Below are positions 48,383 to 58,045 of a DNA stretch of 64,000 bases, piece by piece. Positions within the stretch are counted from its first letter, which is position 1, and the number at the start of each line of letters is the position of its first letter. The stretch lies in the NCBI GenBank assembly GCA_016840095.1, contig JAEOSZ010000111.1, forward strand, positions 32,001 through 96,000, written 5' to 3'. Source of the DNA: Candidatus Heimdallarchaeota archaeon. GTDB lineage: Archaea; Asgardarchaeota; Heimdallarchaeia; Heimdallarchaeales; Heimdallarchaeaceae. Under the pieces are notes generated by a model. That model did no database searches and had not been told where the DNA came from. It saw only the letters and a program-made list of their open reading frames with translations. Made by a program: the position numbers and the translations under genes.

Positions 48383-49498
48383 ATGTTTAGGTGCGTGCAT
48401 TTGGTTAAAACTACAATAAGTCTAATTAAAGCTGACATAGGATCAAGTCCTGGTCATGTTACTGTTTATGAGCCTTTAATGGCTAGAGCGGAAGAACTAA
48501 TGGAAACGGCTAAGGATGAAAATATCATTCTAGATTTCGTTGTGTTCAATGCTGGTGATGATACTGAACTCCTTCTATCTCACATTAAAGGAGTTGATAA
48601 TGAAGTTATACATAAGCTTGCTTGGGATACTTTTATGACGCTTGGTAATGAAGCAAGAGAAATTGGTCTTTATGGAGCGGGGCAAGATCTCTTGAAAGAT
48701 ACATTTTCAGGTAATATAAAGGGTATGGGACCTGGATGTGCTGAATTTGAGTTTGAGGAACGTCCAGCTGAACCTCTTTTAGTTTTTGCTATGGATAAAA
48801 CTGAACCTGGTGCATTCAATTATCCTATATTTCAAATGTTTGCTAATCCGTTTAATACTGCTGGATTAGTTATTGATCCAAATATGCATGATGGTTTTTC
48901 CTTCACTGTTATGGATGTTTATATTAGTAAATTCGTTGAATTAAGTTGTCCCGAACAAATGTATGACCTACTTGCATTAATTGGTGCGCCAGGAAAATAT
49001 GTTGTCAAATATGTAGATAGCAAGAATTCAGACATCGGAAGAGCAGCAGCAATATCCACAGATAAACTATCTTTAGTAGCAGGAAAGTATATCGGAAAAG
49101 ATGATCCTGTTGCTGTGGTTAGAAGTCAAAGTGGATTTCCTGCAGTAGGTGAGATAGTTGAAGCATTTACTTTAGGACATCTAGTATCTGGTTGGATGCG
49201 AGGTTCTCATCGTGGTCCTCTCATGCCTGTACCTTTGGATTATAGTCAGTGTGTTAGATTTGATGGCCCCCCTAGAGTGGTTGGATTAGGTTTTCAATTG
49301 AAAAATGGTATGTTTAAAGGAGGGGTGGATCTCTTTGATGATCCATCATTCGATCCTACACGAGCAAGAGCAAATGAAATTGCTGAATACATGCGCCGTC
49401 ATGGACCATTTGAACCTGGTCGTCTTCCTCTAAGTGAGATGGAATATACTACTTTGCCTGGAGTATTGAAAAAACTTGAAGATAAATTTCATGATTAG
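48383..49498 (+). CDS. fbp: Bifunctional fructose-1,6-bisphosphate aldolase/phosphatase (class V FBPase)
   Basis: IKADIGS.PGH, GDD, LYGAGQDLL, DKTEPGAFN, GKYIGKDDP, GWMRGSH; possible TTG start at 48401. Confidence 0.95.
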   Translation: MFRCVHLVKTTISLIKADIGSSPGHVTVYEPLMARAEELMETAKDENIILDFVVFNAGDDTELLLSHIKGVDNEVIHKLAWDTFMTLGNEAREIGLYGAGQDLLKDTFSGNIKGMGPGCAEFEFEERPAEPLLVFAMDKTEPGAFNYPIFQMFANPFNTAGLVIDPNMHDGFSFTVMDVYISKFVELSCPEQMYDLLALIGAPGKYVVKYVDSKNSDIGRAAAISTDKLSLVAGKYIGKDDPVAVVRSQSGFPAVGEIVEAFTLGHLVSGWMRGSHRGPLMPVPLDYSQCVRFDGPPRVVGLGFQLKNGMFKGGVDLFDDPSFDPTRARANEIAEYMRRHGPFEPGRLPLSEMEYTTLPGVLKKLEDKFHD

Positions 49499-49501
49499 AA
49501 A

Positions 49502-49945
49502 TTATTCACCTTTTTCTCTTTTTCTTTTTTCTTCTCTTGTTTTTTCTTCTCTTATCTCCTTCTCACTCAGAAGCATGTAAATGAAGTATCTAATTGGTTC
49601 ATGTAGAGGTTGGTATATGTTAGGATCAAAATCAATAACATGAGCACATAAGTCATCAATAACGAATTCATCGGTATCGAGATCATAAATTAAAGGATAA
49701 TATCTGCAGCCTTCAGGTCTATTTTCATAAATTGTGCATCTATTTTCCTTCAGGAAAAAACACTTACTAGCTATATTCCTTAGAACCATGAAACCATCTT
49801 GCTCTTCTAGAAATTCATCAATTTGGAACCCTAATTTTTCAATTCTTGTTATGTCTCTCTCTGCTAATGGCATTTCTGTTTCTAGACAACATTCGTAACA
49901 TCTATCAGAGAATGGACAATAGAGTTCTAAATCAGGGATTGTCAT
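49502..49945 (-). CDS. YkgJ-family cysteine cluster protein
   Basis: C..CC, CFFL...CTIYENRPEGCRYYP. Confidence 0.9.
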   Translation of the reverse strand: MTIPDLELYCPFSDRCYECCLETEMPLAERDITRIEKLGFQIDEFLEEQDGFMVLRNIASKCFFLKENRCTIYENRPEGCRYYPLIYDLDTDEFVIDDLCAHVIDFDPNIYQPLHEPIRYFIYMLLSEKEIREEKTREEKRKREKGE

Positions 49946-49949
49946 AGTT

Positions 49950-51335
49950 TTACCTACTTGATTGAATTTCTGTAACAGTATCCATAAGTTGTGTTTTGAA
50001 TTCTACTGATAGTTTTTCTATGGTTTCTTTGTCATCAGCTTCTATTGTCATTCTGATTATAGGTGATGTATTTGAGGGTCTAATTAGAACCCATCCTTCT
50101 TGTAAATTGATTCTAACACCATCCATAGTATTTACATTTTCATATTTTGATAGAATTTTTTGCTTAAGTAAATCCACCACGGCAAATTTCAAATCATCGT
50201 CGCATTGAATTTCTTCTTTCCTTAATGGATATGATGGAATTTCATCCACTAAAGTTGACATTCCTCTTTTTTCTCTATTAAGTATTTCTGCAATCTTAAG
50301 AGGAGTTACTATGGCATCATCGAATAAGAAATATTCTGGTAAAATTATGTGCCCACTGGATTCTACTCCAAGAGGAGAATCTTCCTTTTTGGCCTCTATT
50401 GTAAGAAATGTATGACCAACTGGAATTTGTTTAACTTTGTATCCTAAAACCTCAAGTTGTTCAGCTACTGATTTTGAACATTCCACATTTGCAATAATTG
50501 TCCCTTTCTTTTGTGCTAAACCGTATTTTCCGATGATAATTCCTGTCTGATCAGCTGAAAGAATTCTTCCTAAATTATCTACTATAACTGCTCTATCTCC
50601 ATCCCCATCAAAAGCCACACCAAAATCACATTCATGTTTTTTAATTGCATTTACTAACTCTGTAAGGTTTTTTGGTTTCGGGTCAGATGGTCTTCCTGAA
50701 AATGTAGGATCAGTTTCACAATAGACTGTTATTATTTCAAGTCCTAAGGAAGTAAATATCTTCGGAGCTGATAAGGTAGTACTACCTCCACCACAATCGA
50801 TTGCAACTTTCAGATTATCTGTAAACTTAAATTTTTGCTTAAAGAAATTCTCATATTCTTCTTCTATATTATAAGATTTTGAATTTCCTATATCTCTCCA
50901 GTCAACAACTGTATATTTCTCATCTATAGCGATATCTCTAATAGCCATTAGTTCTTCTTCAGCAAAACCAACACCATCAAAATGATAGAATTTGATCCCA
51001 TTCCATTCAGGTGGGAGATGACTTGCAGTAACAAAAGCAGTTGCTGTTTTCTTCAAGAACCATCCAGCATAAAGAGTTTGACCAAAAGCTGTAGTTCCTA
51101 CATAAATGACATTAATTCCTGTTGCTGTTACACCTGAAATAAATGCATGAACCAAAGGAAAACTTGATTGTCGTATTTCATTTCCAACCACTACTTCTTC
51201 CCCATTAAGCATTTCTTTCACATATGTACCAAAAGCCAAACCTATTTTATGCATAATAGGTGCTGTAATGTCTTTGTTGTAAACTCCACGTATGTCATAT
51301 GCTCGAAATATATTTGGAGAGATATCGTTATTCAT
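49950..51335 (-). CDS. Phosphomannomutase/phosphoglucomutase
   Basis: FRAYDIRG, TASH, FDGDGDR, ESSGH, RPSNT.P. Confidence 0.95.
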   Translation of the reverse strand: MNNDISPNIFRAYDIRGVYNKDITAPIMHKIGLAFGTYVKEMLNGEEVVVGNEIRQSSFPLVHAFISGVTATGINVIYVGTTAFGQTLYAGWFLKKTATAFVTASHLPPEWNGIKFYHFDGVGFAEEELMAIRDIAIDEKYTVVDWRDIGNSKSYNIEEEYENFFKQKFKFTDNLKVAIDCGGGSTTLSAPKIFTSLGLEIITVYCETDPTFSGRPSDPKPKNLTELVNAIKKHECDFGVAFDGDGDRAVIVDNLGRILSADQTGIIIGKYGLAQKKGTIIANVECSKSVAEQLEVLGYKVKQIPVGHTFLTIEAKKEDSPLGVESSGHIILPEYFLFDDAIVTPLKIAEILNREKRGMSTLVDEIPSYPLRKEEIQCDDDLKFAVVDLLKQKILSKYENVNTMDGVRINLQEGWVLIRPSNTSPIIRMTIEADDKETIEKLSVEFKTQLMDTVTEIQSSR

Positions 51336-51413
51336 TGTTTTAAGAGTAGATAAGAGGTATAAAAATTTGCTTACACGTAAATCTTTTATTTAAGTAATAT
51401 AGTCATCGAAGCT

Positions 51414-52151
51414 ATGCACATTGCTATAGTTTATCTTCTAGTTTTTATTAGCTCATATGTTATAGGTTCTATTCCATTTAGCTGGATAATTACTAAAATT
51501 AAAACTGGAGAAGATTTGAGAAAAATAGGTTCAGGAAACGTAGGAGGAAGAAATGTTTATCGAGCTACTAAATCTAGAAACTGGGCATTGTTTGCTGGTT
51601 TCTTAGATATCTGCAGATCTTTAACAGCTGTAGCATTAACATTTTATCTTTCAAATATATTATATTTCAAAAATCACTCGAAGTATAATTTACCTATAAC
51701 TGGTTTCTTTCCAGATACTGCTCTTGCATTTAGTCTTACTATAGCTGGAGTTGGGGCAATTCTTGGACATAATTGGTCTCTATATCTTCTTCCTGGTCAC
51801 GGTGGTAGAGGTATTACTGTAGTTCTTGCTTCAATGTTGTATGCTAATCCAATAATGATTGCATTTTGGATTGTATTATGGCCAATTGTGATAACCATAG
51901 TTGGTTATTCCTCAATTACTTACATTGTTACTACAGCTTTGGTTGGAGTTATAGCGTTATTTTTCCCAGTAGTAATGCCTTGGGTTCCTTATAATTTGGC
52001 AATTGCACTTATTCTATTTAGCATATCACTCGTTATGATTAGCCGACAAAGGGACAACATTAGGAAGATTAGAACCGGTGAAGCTAAGAAAATGAAAATC
52101 TGGAAGGCAGTTTTTGGGAAAAAGAAGATGTCAGATGAGATTCTTAAATAA
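51414..52151 (-). other. See plus-strand CDS entry; no independent minus-strand feature
   Basis: Placeholder only; no support for a minus-strand gene here. Confidence 0.01.
51414..52151 (+). CDS. plsY: Glycerol-3-phosphate acyltransferase PlsY homolog
   Basis: YVIGSIPFS, DLRKIGSGNVG..N..R, D, GHNWS...GGRG motifs; multi-TM. Confidence 0.85.
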   Translation: MHIAIVYLLVFISSYVIGSIPFSWIITKIKTGEDLRKIGSGNVGGRNVYRATKSRNWALFAGFLDICRSLTAVALTFYLSNILYFKNHSKYNLPITGFFPDTALAFSLTIAGVGAILGHNWSLYLLPGHGGRGITVVLASMLYANPIMIAFWIVLWPIVITIVGYSSITYIVTTALVGVIALFFPVVMPWVPYNLAIALILFSISLVMISRQRDNIRKIRTGEAKKMKIWKAVFGKKKMSDEILK

Positions 52152-52160
52152 ATCTACATC

Positions 52161-53111
52161 CTATGGTTTGAAAGCAGTAACTGTGATGCTTTGAATAGCA
52201 TCCCCAAGAGAATCTATATCCTCTTTGATATCTTCATAATCTTCTATTTCAAGTGGTTGTCCATCAACCACAAGAACCTTTTCTCCTTGTTTGGTATCAA
52301 TATCTCCATTAAACTCCTTTTCTACAAGAAGCCCTGAAGTCTTCTCGGTTACTTTTATACCCACAAATCCTGCTTTTTTAATGAGTTCTAGATATCTATC
52401 TTTAAGCTCAGCTCCAGCAACACATCCAGCTAATAAGTCTTCGTTATTCCTTAATGAATCAGGAAGTTCCTTGAGAAGTACTATATCGGAAATGGATAAT
52501 CTTCCTCCTGATTTAAGAACTCTGAAAGATTCATTGAATACTCGTTGTTTCTCTGGAGATAAATTGATAACACAATTTGAGATGATAACATCAACAGAAT
52601 TATCCGCAACCGGAAGATTCTCAATCTCACCTAGTCTAAATTCAACATTTGTATAATCATACTTACGTGCGTTTTCTCTTGCTAGGTCTATCATATTTGG
52701 TGTCATATCTACTCCTATTACTTTTCCCGAAGATCCTACTTTTTTAGATGAAAGAAAACAATCCAGACCTCCTCCAGAACCAAGATCTAAGACAACTTCA
52801 CCTTCTTTCATTTCGGCAATTGCTGTAGGATTACCACAACCTAAACCCATGTTAGATTCTTCAGGGATTTCTGCTAATTCTGCTAAAGTGTAGCCAATTG
52901 CTTTACTCACATCTTCTACATTAGGGGTACCACAGCAAGAAGATTCTTGAGATTTCTTATCAGTATCAACTTGAGTTTCAGAGCTATCACCACAACATGA
53001 TGTTCTCTGAGTTTTCTTAGCTTCAACAACTGAGTCAATATTCCTTTTTGCTACATTTCCATATCTATCTCTAACTACTTTTCTGACTTTTTCTTTCTCT
53101 AATTCTGTCAT
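52161..53111 (-). CDS. arsM: Arsenite S-adenosylmethyltransferase
   Basis: SCC motifs, [30 protein letters not shown]. Confidence 0.93.
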   Translation of the reverse strand: MTELEKEKVRKVVRDRYGNVAKRNIDSVVEAKKTQRTSCCGDSSETQVDTDKKSQESSCCGTPNVEDVSKAIGYTLAELAEIPEESNMGLGCGNPTAIAEMKEGEVVLDLGSGGGLDCFLSSKKVGSSGKVIGVDMTPNMIDLARENARKYDYTNVEFRLGEIENLPVADNSVDVIISNCVINLSPEKQRVFNESFRVLKSGGRLSISDIVLLKELPDSLRNNEDLLAGCVAGAELKDRYLELIKKAGFVGIKVTEKTSGLLVEKEFNGDIDTKQGEKVLVVDGQPLEIEDYEDIKEDIDSLGDAIQSITVTAFKP

Positions 53112-53120
53112 TTAATCACC

Positions 53121-53402
53121 TTAATCTTCAATTAATTCTTTCATTATTGGTTTGAGTGATAGTTTGATCATACCATCTATTGGATTTGTTTTCATTAAAG
53201 AGATACTTGCTATCTTTCCTCTATCATTCATGCTTATTACTACGAGTTTATCTCCTTCCTTCAAATCCATTTTCTCTCTTAGGTTTTTGGGCAGAACAAT
53301 TTGTCCTCTGCTATCGATATTTACAACACCTTCTATATGACAGCAACCTGAACCCTCACTACTCGAACTACAACAATCTTCAGTTTGTTTTTTATCACTC
53401 AT
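53121..53402 (-). CDS. AbrB-like DNA-binding protein with N-terminal CC motifs
   Basis: DCC...GCCHIEGVVNIDSRGQIVLPK.LR...L.EGDKL; start likely 53402. Confidence 0.8.
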   Translation of the reverse strand: MSDKKQTEDCCSSSSEGSGCCHIEGVVNIDSRGQIVLPKNLREKMDLKEGDKLVVISMNDRGKIASISLMKTNPIDGMIKLSLKPIMKELIED

Positions 53403-53435
53403 TTTGTTCATCTGTGATATAGATGCAATCAGACA

Positions 53436-53474
53436 TATATAAATTTTCCGAAAAATCAGAAAAATCAGAAAATA
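53436..53474. promoter_or_regulatory. Minus-strand TATA box with adjacent 9-bp direct repeats
   Basis: TTTATATA on minus strand (53436-53443); gaaaaatca x2 plus gaaaata from 53450. Confidence 0.45.
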
Positions 53475-53523
53475 CACATATTCATAAAAAATGCTTTTAA
53501 TGTTGTTCAGAAACTAAAAGTCA

Positions 53524-54018
53524 ATGAAAAAAGCACTAATTCTTACTGGAACACCAGGGACAGGTAAAACTACAATCGCGGATCTATTGGTAGAAAAAGG
53601 TTACAGAGCAGTTAATATTGGAGAATTAGTAAAAGAGAAAAAGCTATTTGATTTTTTTGATGAAGAACGAGAAAGCTATGTAATAGATGATGATGAGCTA
53701 AATAATGCTCTTACTGATTTAATTGAAGAAAATACTTCATCCCATGATTTGATAATAGATGGTCATGTAGCGCGACTCCCTCCCCAGTTGGTATCAAAGT
53801 GTATCGTTTTTCGTTGTTCTATCCGTAACCTGAGACAGAGACTTGTGTTACGTGGTTATACTGATTCAAAGATTGACGAGAACGTTGAAGCAGAAATAAT
53901 GGAAGTTATTTACACCGACATGATGCAACTATATGGTAAAGATTTGGTTAGAGTTGTCTCCACAGATGCTTCCATAGAAGAAACATTTGTGGAAGTGTTA
54001 TCAATTTTAACAGGTTAG
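53524..54018 (+). CDS. Adenylate kinase, AK6/Fap7-like
   Basis: LTGTPGTGKTT, IIDGH, RL..RGY..KI.EN.EAEI. Confidence 0.9.
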   Translation: MKKALILTGTPGTGKTTIADLLVEKGYRAVNIGELVKEKKLFDFFDEERESYVIDDDELNNALTDLIEENTSSHDLIIDGHVARLPPQLVSKCIVFRCSIRNLRQRLVLRGYTDSKIDENVEAEIMEVIYTDMMQLYGKDLVRVVSTDASIEETFVEVLSILTG

Positions 54019-54028
54019 TATTTAGGAT

Positions 54029-54388
54029 CTATCCAGTTATTCTGATGGATAGTACTCCTCTTTTATCTTTGATTACTGAAACTGCTTCATTTGGAGCAAC
54101 TATCGTAAATCCTTTGTTTTTGGTTCCTTTACCAAAAAGCTTAGCCCATTTAAAGTCTTCTCCATTCTCGAATGAGAACATCTTGACACCAACAAAGTTT
54201 TTGTAATCAATTTTATTCATGGTTCTTTCAATAAGATTGAGCTCCTCAGTGTGAGAGAGCCCATCCTCTAGAATCAATATGCTATTCCTCATCACTTTAG
54301 ATAAGATGTAACTGATTTTTTCTTCACTTGAAAGATCATCCGTTTCTGTATATGGAATAAAATCTACTCTATACTTCATCCTTTTCAC
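54029..54388 (-). CDS. DUF2073 family protein (OapB/ArvB-like)
   Basis: SEEKI..IL..V...ILILEDGL...EE..LIE.TM..ID...F.G; 4-nt overlap with upstream GTPase. Confidence 0.8.
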   Translation of the reverse strand: MKRMKYRVDFIPYTETDDLSSEEKISYILSKVMRNSILILEDGLSHTEELNLIERTMNKIDYKNFVGVKMFSFENGEDFKWAKLFGKGTKNKGFTIVAPNEAVSVIKDKRGVLSIRITG

Positions 54389-54999
54389 CTTACCTTCTTA
54401 GCCATTTCGGCTATTTTATTATACAATTGCTCTATGCCATCACCCTGTAACGCAGAAACAGGGATAACATGGTAGTCACAAAAAGCATTTTTGATTTCAA
54501 CTATATCAGCATCAGGTAGATCAATCTTATTTGGAACTAAGATGAAAGGTTTCTTCTGATGTTCCAAGTTACCAATTATCGTAAAGTTTACCTGATCAAA
54601 AGGTGATTTTGCAGCATCTATCACAACGAGTGCTACATCCACATTTTCTAGAAACTTAATTGCCTCCACTATTCCTCTTGTTGCTTCTTTAGCTCTTTGC
54701 ATCGCTTCTCCTGCAGAAAGTCCATGCTTCATGAATTCTTTTGGATTTACAGAGGATGCTATACCAGGCATATCTATTAGCGTAAGATCTAGAGATGTTC
54801 CATTTGAAGAGAAGTTAACCTTCTCAAGCTTCTGAATTGTTCTAGTCTCGTGTGGAATTTCACTGACAGTTCCAACTTCTTGCTCAGCCCAATCTATTCC
54901 AATTTTGTTTGCAAGAGTGGTTTTACCAGCATTTACTTCACCGTAGAACCCCAAATTTATTGATTTTGGCTTTGATTTCAGCCACAATCTCCATGACAA
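54385..54999 (-). CDS. Era-like small GTPase (OapA/ArvA-like)
   Basis: GFYGEVNAGKTTLAN, SEIPHETR, DMPG, RAKEATRG, NKIDLP, SALQG. Confidence 0.88.
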   Translation of the reverse strand: MSWRLWLKSKPKSINLGFYGEVNAGKTTLANKIGIDWAEQEVGTVSEIPHETRTIQKLEKVNFSSNGTSLDLTLIDMPGIASSVNPKEFMKHGLSAGEAMQRAKEATRGIVEAIKFLENVDVALVVIDAAKSPFDQVNFTIIGNLEHQKKPFILVPNKIDLPDADIVEIKNAFCDYHVIPVSALQGDGIEQLYNKIAEMAKKVR

Positions 55000-55182
55000 T
55001 TATTTCACCTACACAAGCTTACTCACTTGTTAACTTAAAACGAAATATTATTGACATCACACCCTCGTATTACGTTGTCAGTTTCTGTTACATTTCTTGG
55101 TTTTTTTTGCGAAATGGTCATCTAATAAGATTTATTAAGTCAAAAAGAAAGAAACTCGAAACAAGGATTACCTAATTAGGTT

Positions 55183-56268
55183 GTGGTTAAGATTTTCATA
55201 ATGGGTGCTAGTATCAAAGTATGGTTGAGATTTCTTTGGCAGAACAAATTCAACATCAGCTGGAAATATATCCCGCGAGCATTTGCAATAACGTTGGTTA
55301 CAGCATTATTTACACCTCTTATAATCTATGAACACCTAAGATTTAATCGTAAAGTTAGAAGAACAGAGATTAAGGAACCCCCAGTATTTATTATGGGTCA
55401 TTGGAGAACTGGAACAACTCACTTACAAAATCTCCTCCTCCTCGACGATAAATATGGATACTTAGATCTAGTTGAAGCAACTTTTCCTCATCTAATGCTA
55501 GGAAGTTACAAGTTTATTGCAGCAGTAATGAAACCATTAATTCCTGCAACTCGTCCCATGGATAACATGTCCATGACTGCAGCAACACCACAAGAACATG
55601 AGTTTGCCATAGTTGATCTATGTTTACTCTCCCCACAGTCAGGTTTGTTCTTTCCAGATAATAGAGACAGTTATCTTAGGTTTGGTACTTTTGAAGAAGC
55701 TTCAGAAGAAGAAATTAATGAGTGGAAAGAAAACCTAATGTTCTATTTGAAAAAATTAACATATAAGGAAAAAGGCAAACCATTACTTCTAAAAAACCCT
55801 CTAGATACATATAGAATCAAGCTTCTCTTAGAGCTCTTTCCAGATGCTAAATTCATCAACATTTATAGAAACCCATACAAAGTCTTTTTCTCAACTGTTA
55901 AGCTCCATAAAACCAATACACACTTGTTTTGGCTACAAAAACCGGATTATGAACTTTATGATTTCATTCTTGATTTATATGTTGAAATTTATGACAAGTT
56001 CTACAAAGATTTTGATTTGATTCCAAAAGAGCAGATTATTGAAATAAAATATGAGGATCTTATTGCAAACCCACTAGATGAATTATCCAAAATATACAAC
56101 TATCTTAACCTAGGTGATTTTGAGCAAGTGAAAAACAAAGTTGAGACTTATCTCTATTCTTTGAATGACTATAAGGTTGGAAATTATGAAATATCAAAGA
56201 AAGATAAAGAGCTTATTTACTCAAGATGGAATGAAACCATTGACAGGTGGGGTTATGAAAAACCCTAA
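55183..56268 (+). CDS. Sulfotransferase family protein
   Basis: PVFIMGHWRTGTTHL (PAPS-binding), LLKNP, YRNP...S. Confidence 0.88.
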   Translation: MVKIFIMGASIKVWLRFLWQNKFNISWKYIPRAFAITLVTALFTPLIIYEHLRFNRKVRRTEIKEPPVFIMGHWRTGTTHLQNLLLLDDKYGYLDLVEATFPHLMLGSYKFIAAVMKPLIPATRPMDNMSMTAATPQEHEFAIVDLCLLSPQSGLFFPDNRDSYLRFGTFEEASEEEINEWKENLMFYLKKLTYKEKGKPLLLKNPLDTYRIKLLLELFPDAKFINIYRNPYKVFFSTVKLHKTNTHLFWLQKPDYELYDFILDLYVEIYDKFYKDFDLIPKEQIIEIKYEDLIANPLDELSKIYNYLNLGDFEQVKNKVETYLYSLNDYKVGNYEISKKDKELIYSRWNETIDRWGYEKP

Positions 56269-56286
56269 AAACTATCAGTAAACGTT

Positions 56287-57432
56287 TTACAAGCAAACCA
56301 TATCTTTTGGGGTATTTGATAATCGAATTACACCATCTTTAGTAACAACACAATCATCTTCTAAACGAATACCAAAATCTCCAGCAAAGTATAAACCAGG
56401 TTCTACAGTTATTACAGAGTTTTCAAGTAATTCTTTAGCAGGTCTTTCTGGATAAGCTCTATAAATACCCACTCCGATATCATGTGTCTCAATACCAATT
56501 GGGTGACCTGTTGAGTGAATATACAACTTCTCATGATCATATCCATATTCTTCAAACTTATCTCGAACTGCCATTTCTACATCATGAGAAGAAACTCCTG
56601 CTCTAATTTTTGTGTATGCAGCTTCTTTTGCTTCATGTACAGCTTCATGTGCTCTAAGAACTTCTTCTTTTGGTTTGTTACCTATCCAATATGTGTGAGT
56701 AATGTCTGAATTAGACATCTCGTAGGCTACTCCATAATCAATTAAAAGCACTTGATTTTTCTCTATCTTCCCTGTTCCTGCTTTATGGTGAGGTATAGCT
56801 GCATTTGGTCCTGATGCTACAATGGGCTCAAAAGCTACTCCCCCTCTTTTGTTACATTCAAATTCTATTATAGCTGCTAATTCTTTTTCAATCATACCAG
56901 GTTTGATTAAAGGTTCAATAACCTCTTCCATCAATTCTTCAGCTAGCTTAGCAGCAATTTTGTGGTTCTCAATTTCCTTTTGTGTTTTAACAGCTCTTAC
57001 ATCAAAAATGATATCTTTAGCAGAAACATAATTTAGATTTTTGTTCATACTAGTTAACGCATTAAAAGTTCCACTGGTTAATATATCAGAACTAAATTTT
57101 GAAAATACTTCACTAGCCTCAACGTAATTTAATGCAACTGTGGATTTATCTAAGAAACCATTGAATAAATTCTGTACTAGCTCTGTTAATTCACTACCTT
57201 TTTTGTATGCTTTGACTTCGTAAATTTCTTCATCTACTAGCATTGCTTCCATCTGAGATGTTATAACTGATGGTTTTCCTCTCTTAGGAATCAGAGTCAA
57301 AGTTGGTGATGCAAACCATTTTTCTAGTAAATATTTTTGGTGTATATCGTATGAATGGTGGCAAAATACTATCCATCCATCTACATTATGATTGTCTAAA
57401 ACTGCTTGAATTCTATCAATTTTTTCACTCAA
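56287..57432 (-). CDS. Xaa-Pro aminopeptidase (M24)
   Basis: A.PHH, IDYG..SDIT, HSTGHPIG..HD, TVEPGLY, GIRLEDD; start likely TTG at 57432. Confidence 0.92.
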   Translation of the reverse strand: MSEKIDRIQAVLDNHNVDGWIVFCHHSYDIHQKYLLEKWFASPTLTLIPKRGKPSVITSQMEAMLVDEEIYEVKAYKKGSELTELVQNLFNGFLDKSTVALNYVEASEVFSKFSSDILTSGTFNALTSMNKNLNYVSAKDIIFDVRAVKTQKEIENHKIAAKLAEELMEEVIEPLIKPGMIEKELAAIIEFECNKRGGVAFEPIVASGPNAAIPHHKAGTGKIEKNQVLLIDYGVAYEMSNSDITHTYWIGNKPKEEVLRAHEAVHEAKEAAYTKIRAGVSSHDVEMAVRDKFEEYGYDHEKLYIHSTGHPIGIETHDIGVGIYRAYPERPAKELLENSVITVEPGLYFAGDFGIRLEDDCVVTKDGVIRLSNTPKDMVCL

Positions 57433-58045
57433 AATCCACACATTCCTTAACAATTTGTTTAATGTTATCCGGTAAATAATCGTTCTTTTCTAAATCTATT
57501 AAATCTTTAAATTTGTCTATATCACTGTATGCGTTTTTACTTTCTAAAATCTCAAATGATAATTCAAGTTTCTCAAATACATCTCTAAATCTTAAAGCAG
57601 AGTTCTTACCAAAAACTAATGGGAAAGTGTCTCCTTTATTGAAAATCAAAATACTAGTTCCATTGTCCTTAGTAGGTCCAAGTAGTATTTTCCTCTCATT
57701 ATAATTCTTATCAAGAATAAATTGTAAATCTTCGGATTTAATTAAAGGTAGATCTGCCATAACAACAGTAATTATATCTTCTTGAATCTCCTTGAAGGCT
57801 TCATTTAATGATTCATTTAATTCATCCCCCTTGTCATGAAGTATAGAGAAATATCCTGAAAAATCTAATTTTTTCTTTTTTGTAAGGATATACAAATTTG
57901 CATCATGTTCAAGTTTAGCAATTTCATCTATTAGATTCTGAGTCATATGATGAAGCAGTTTTTCAACCGATGAATCTTTTAAACTGGATCGTAATCTACT
58001 CTTATCGTTTATTGTTCCTCTGTATGGTATTATTATTGCTTTCAT
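57425..58045 (-). CDS. cofC: 2-phospho-L-lactate/PEP guanylyltransferase (F420 synthesis)
   Basis: AIIIP...KSRL, LNESL, MADLPLI, GT..L, FG.NS, DID...DL; near cofD. Confidence 0.78.
   Translation of the reverse strand: MKAIIIPYRGTINDKSRLRSSLKDSSVEKLLHHMTQNLIDEIAKLEHDANLYILTKKKKLDFSGYFSILHDKGDELNESLNEAFKEIQEDIITVVMADLPLIKSEDLQFILDKNYNERKILLGPTKDNGTSILIFNKGDTFPLVFGKNSALRFRDVFEKLELSFEILESKNAYSDIDKFKDLIDLEKNDYLPDNIKQIVKECVDFE

Noticed and set aside
51414-52151. Minus-strand feature opposite plsY
   Set aside because: No supporting ORF or motif; only the plus-strand CDS is real.
55000-55182. Replication origin next to oapA-like gene
   Set aside because: No recognisable ORB repeats and no cdc6/orc1 in the window.
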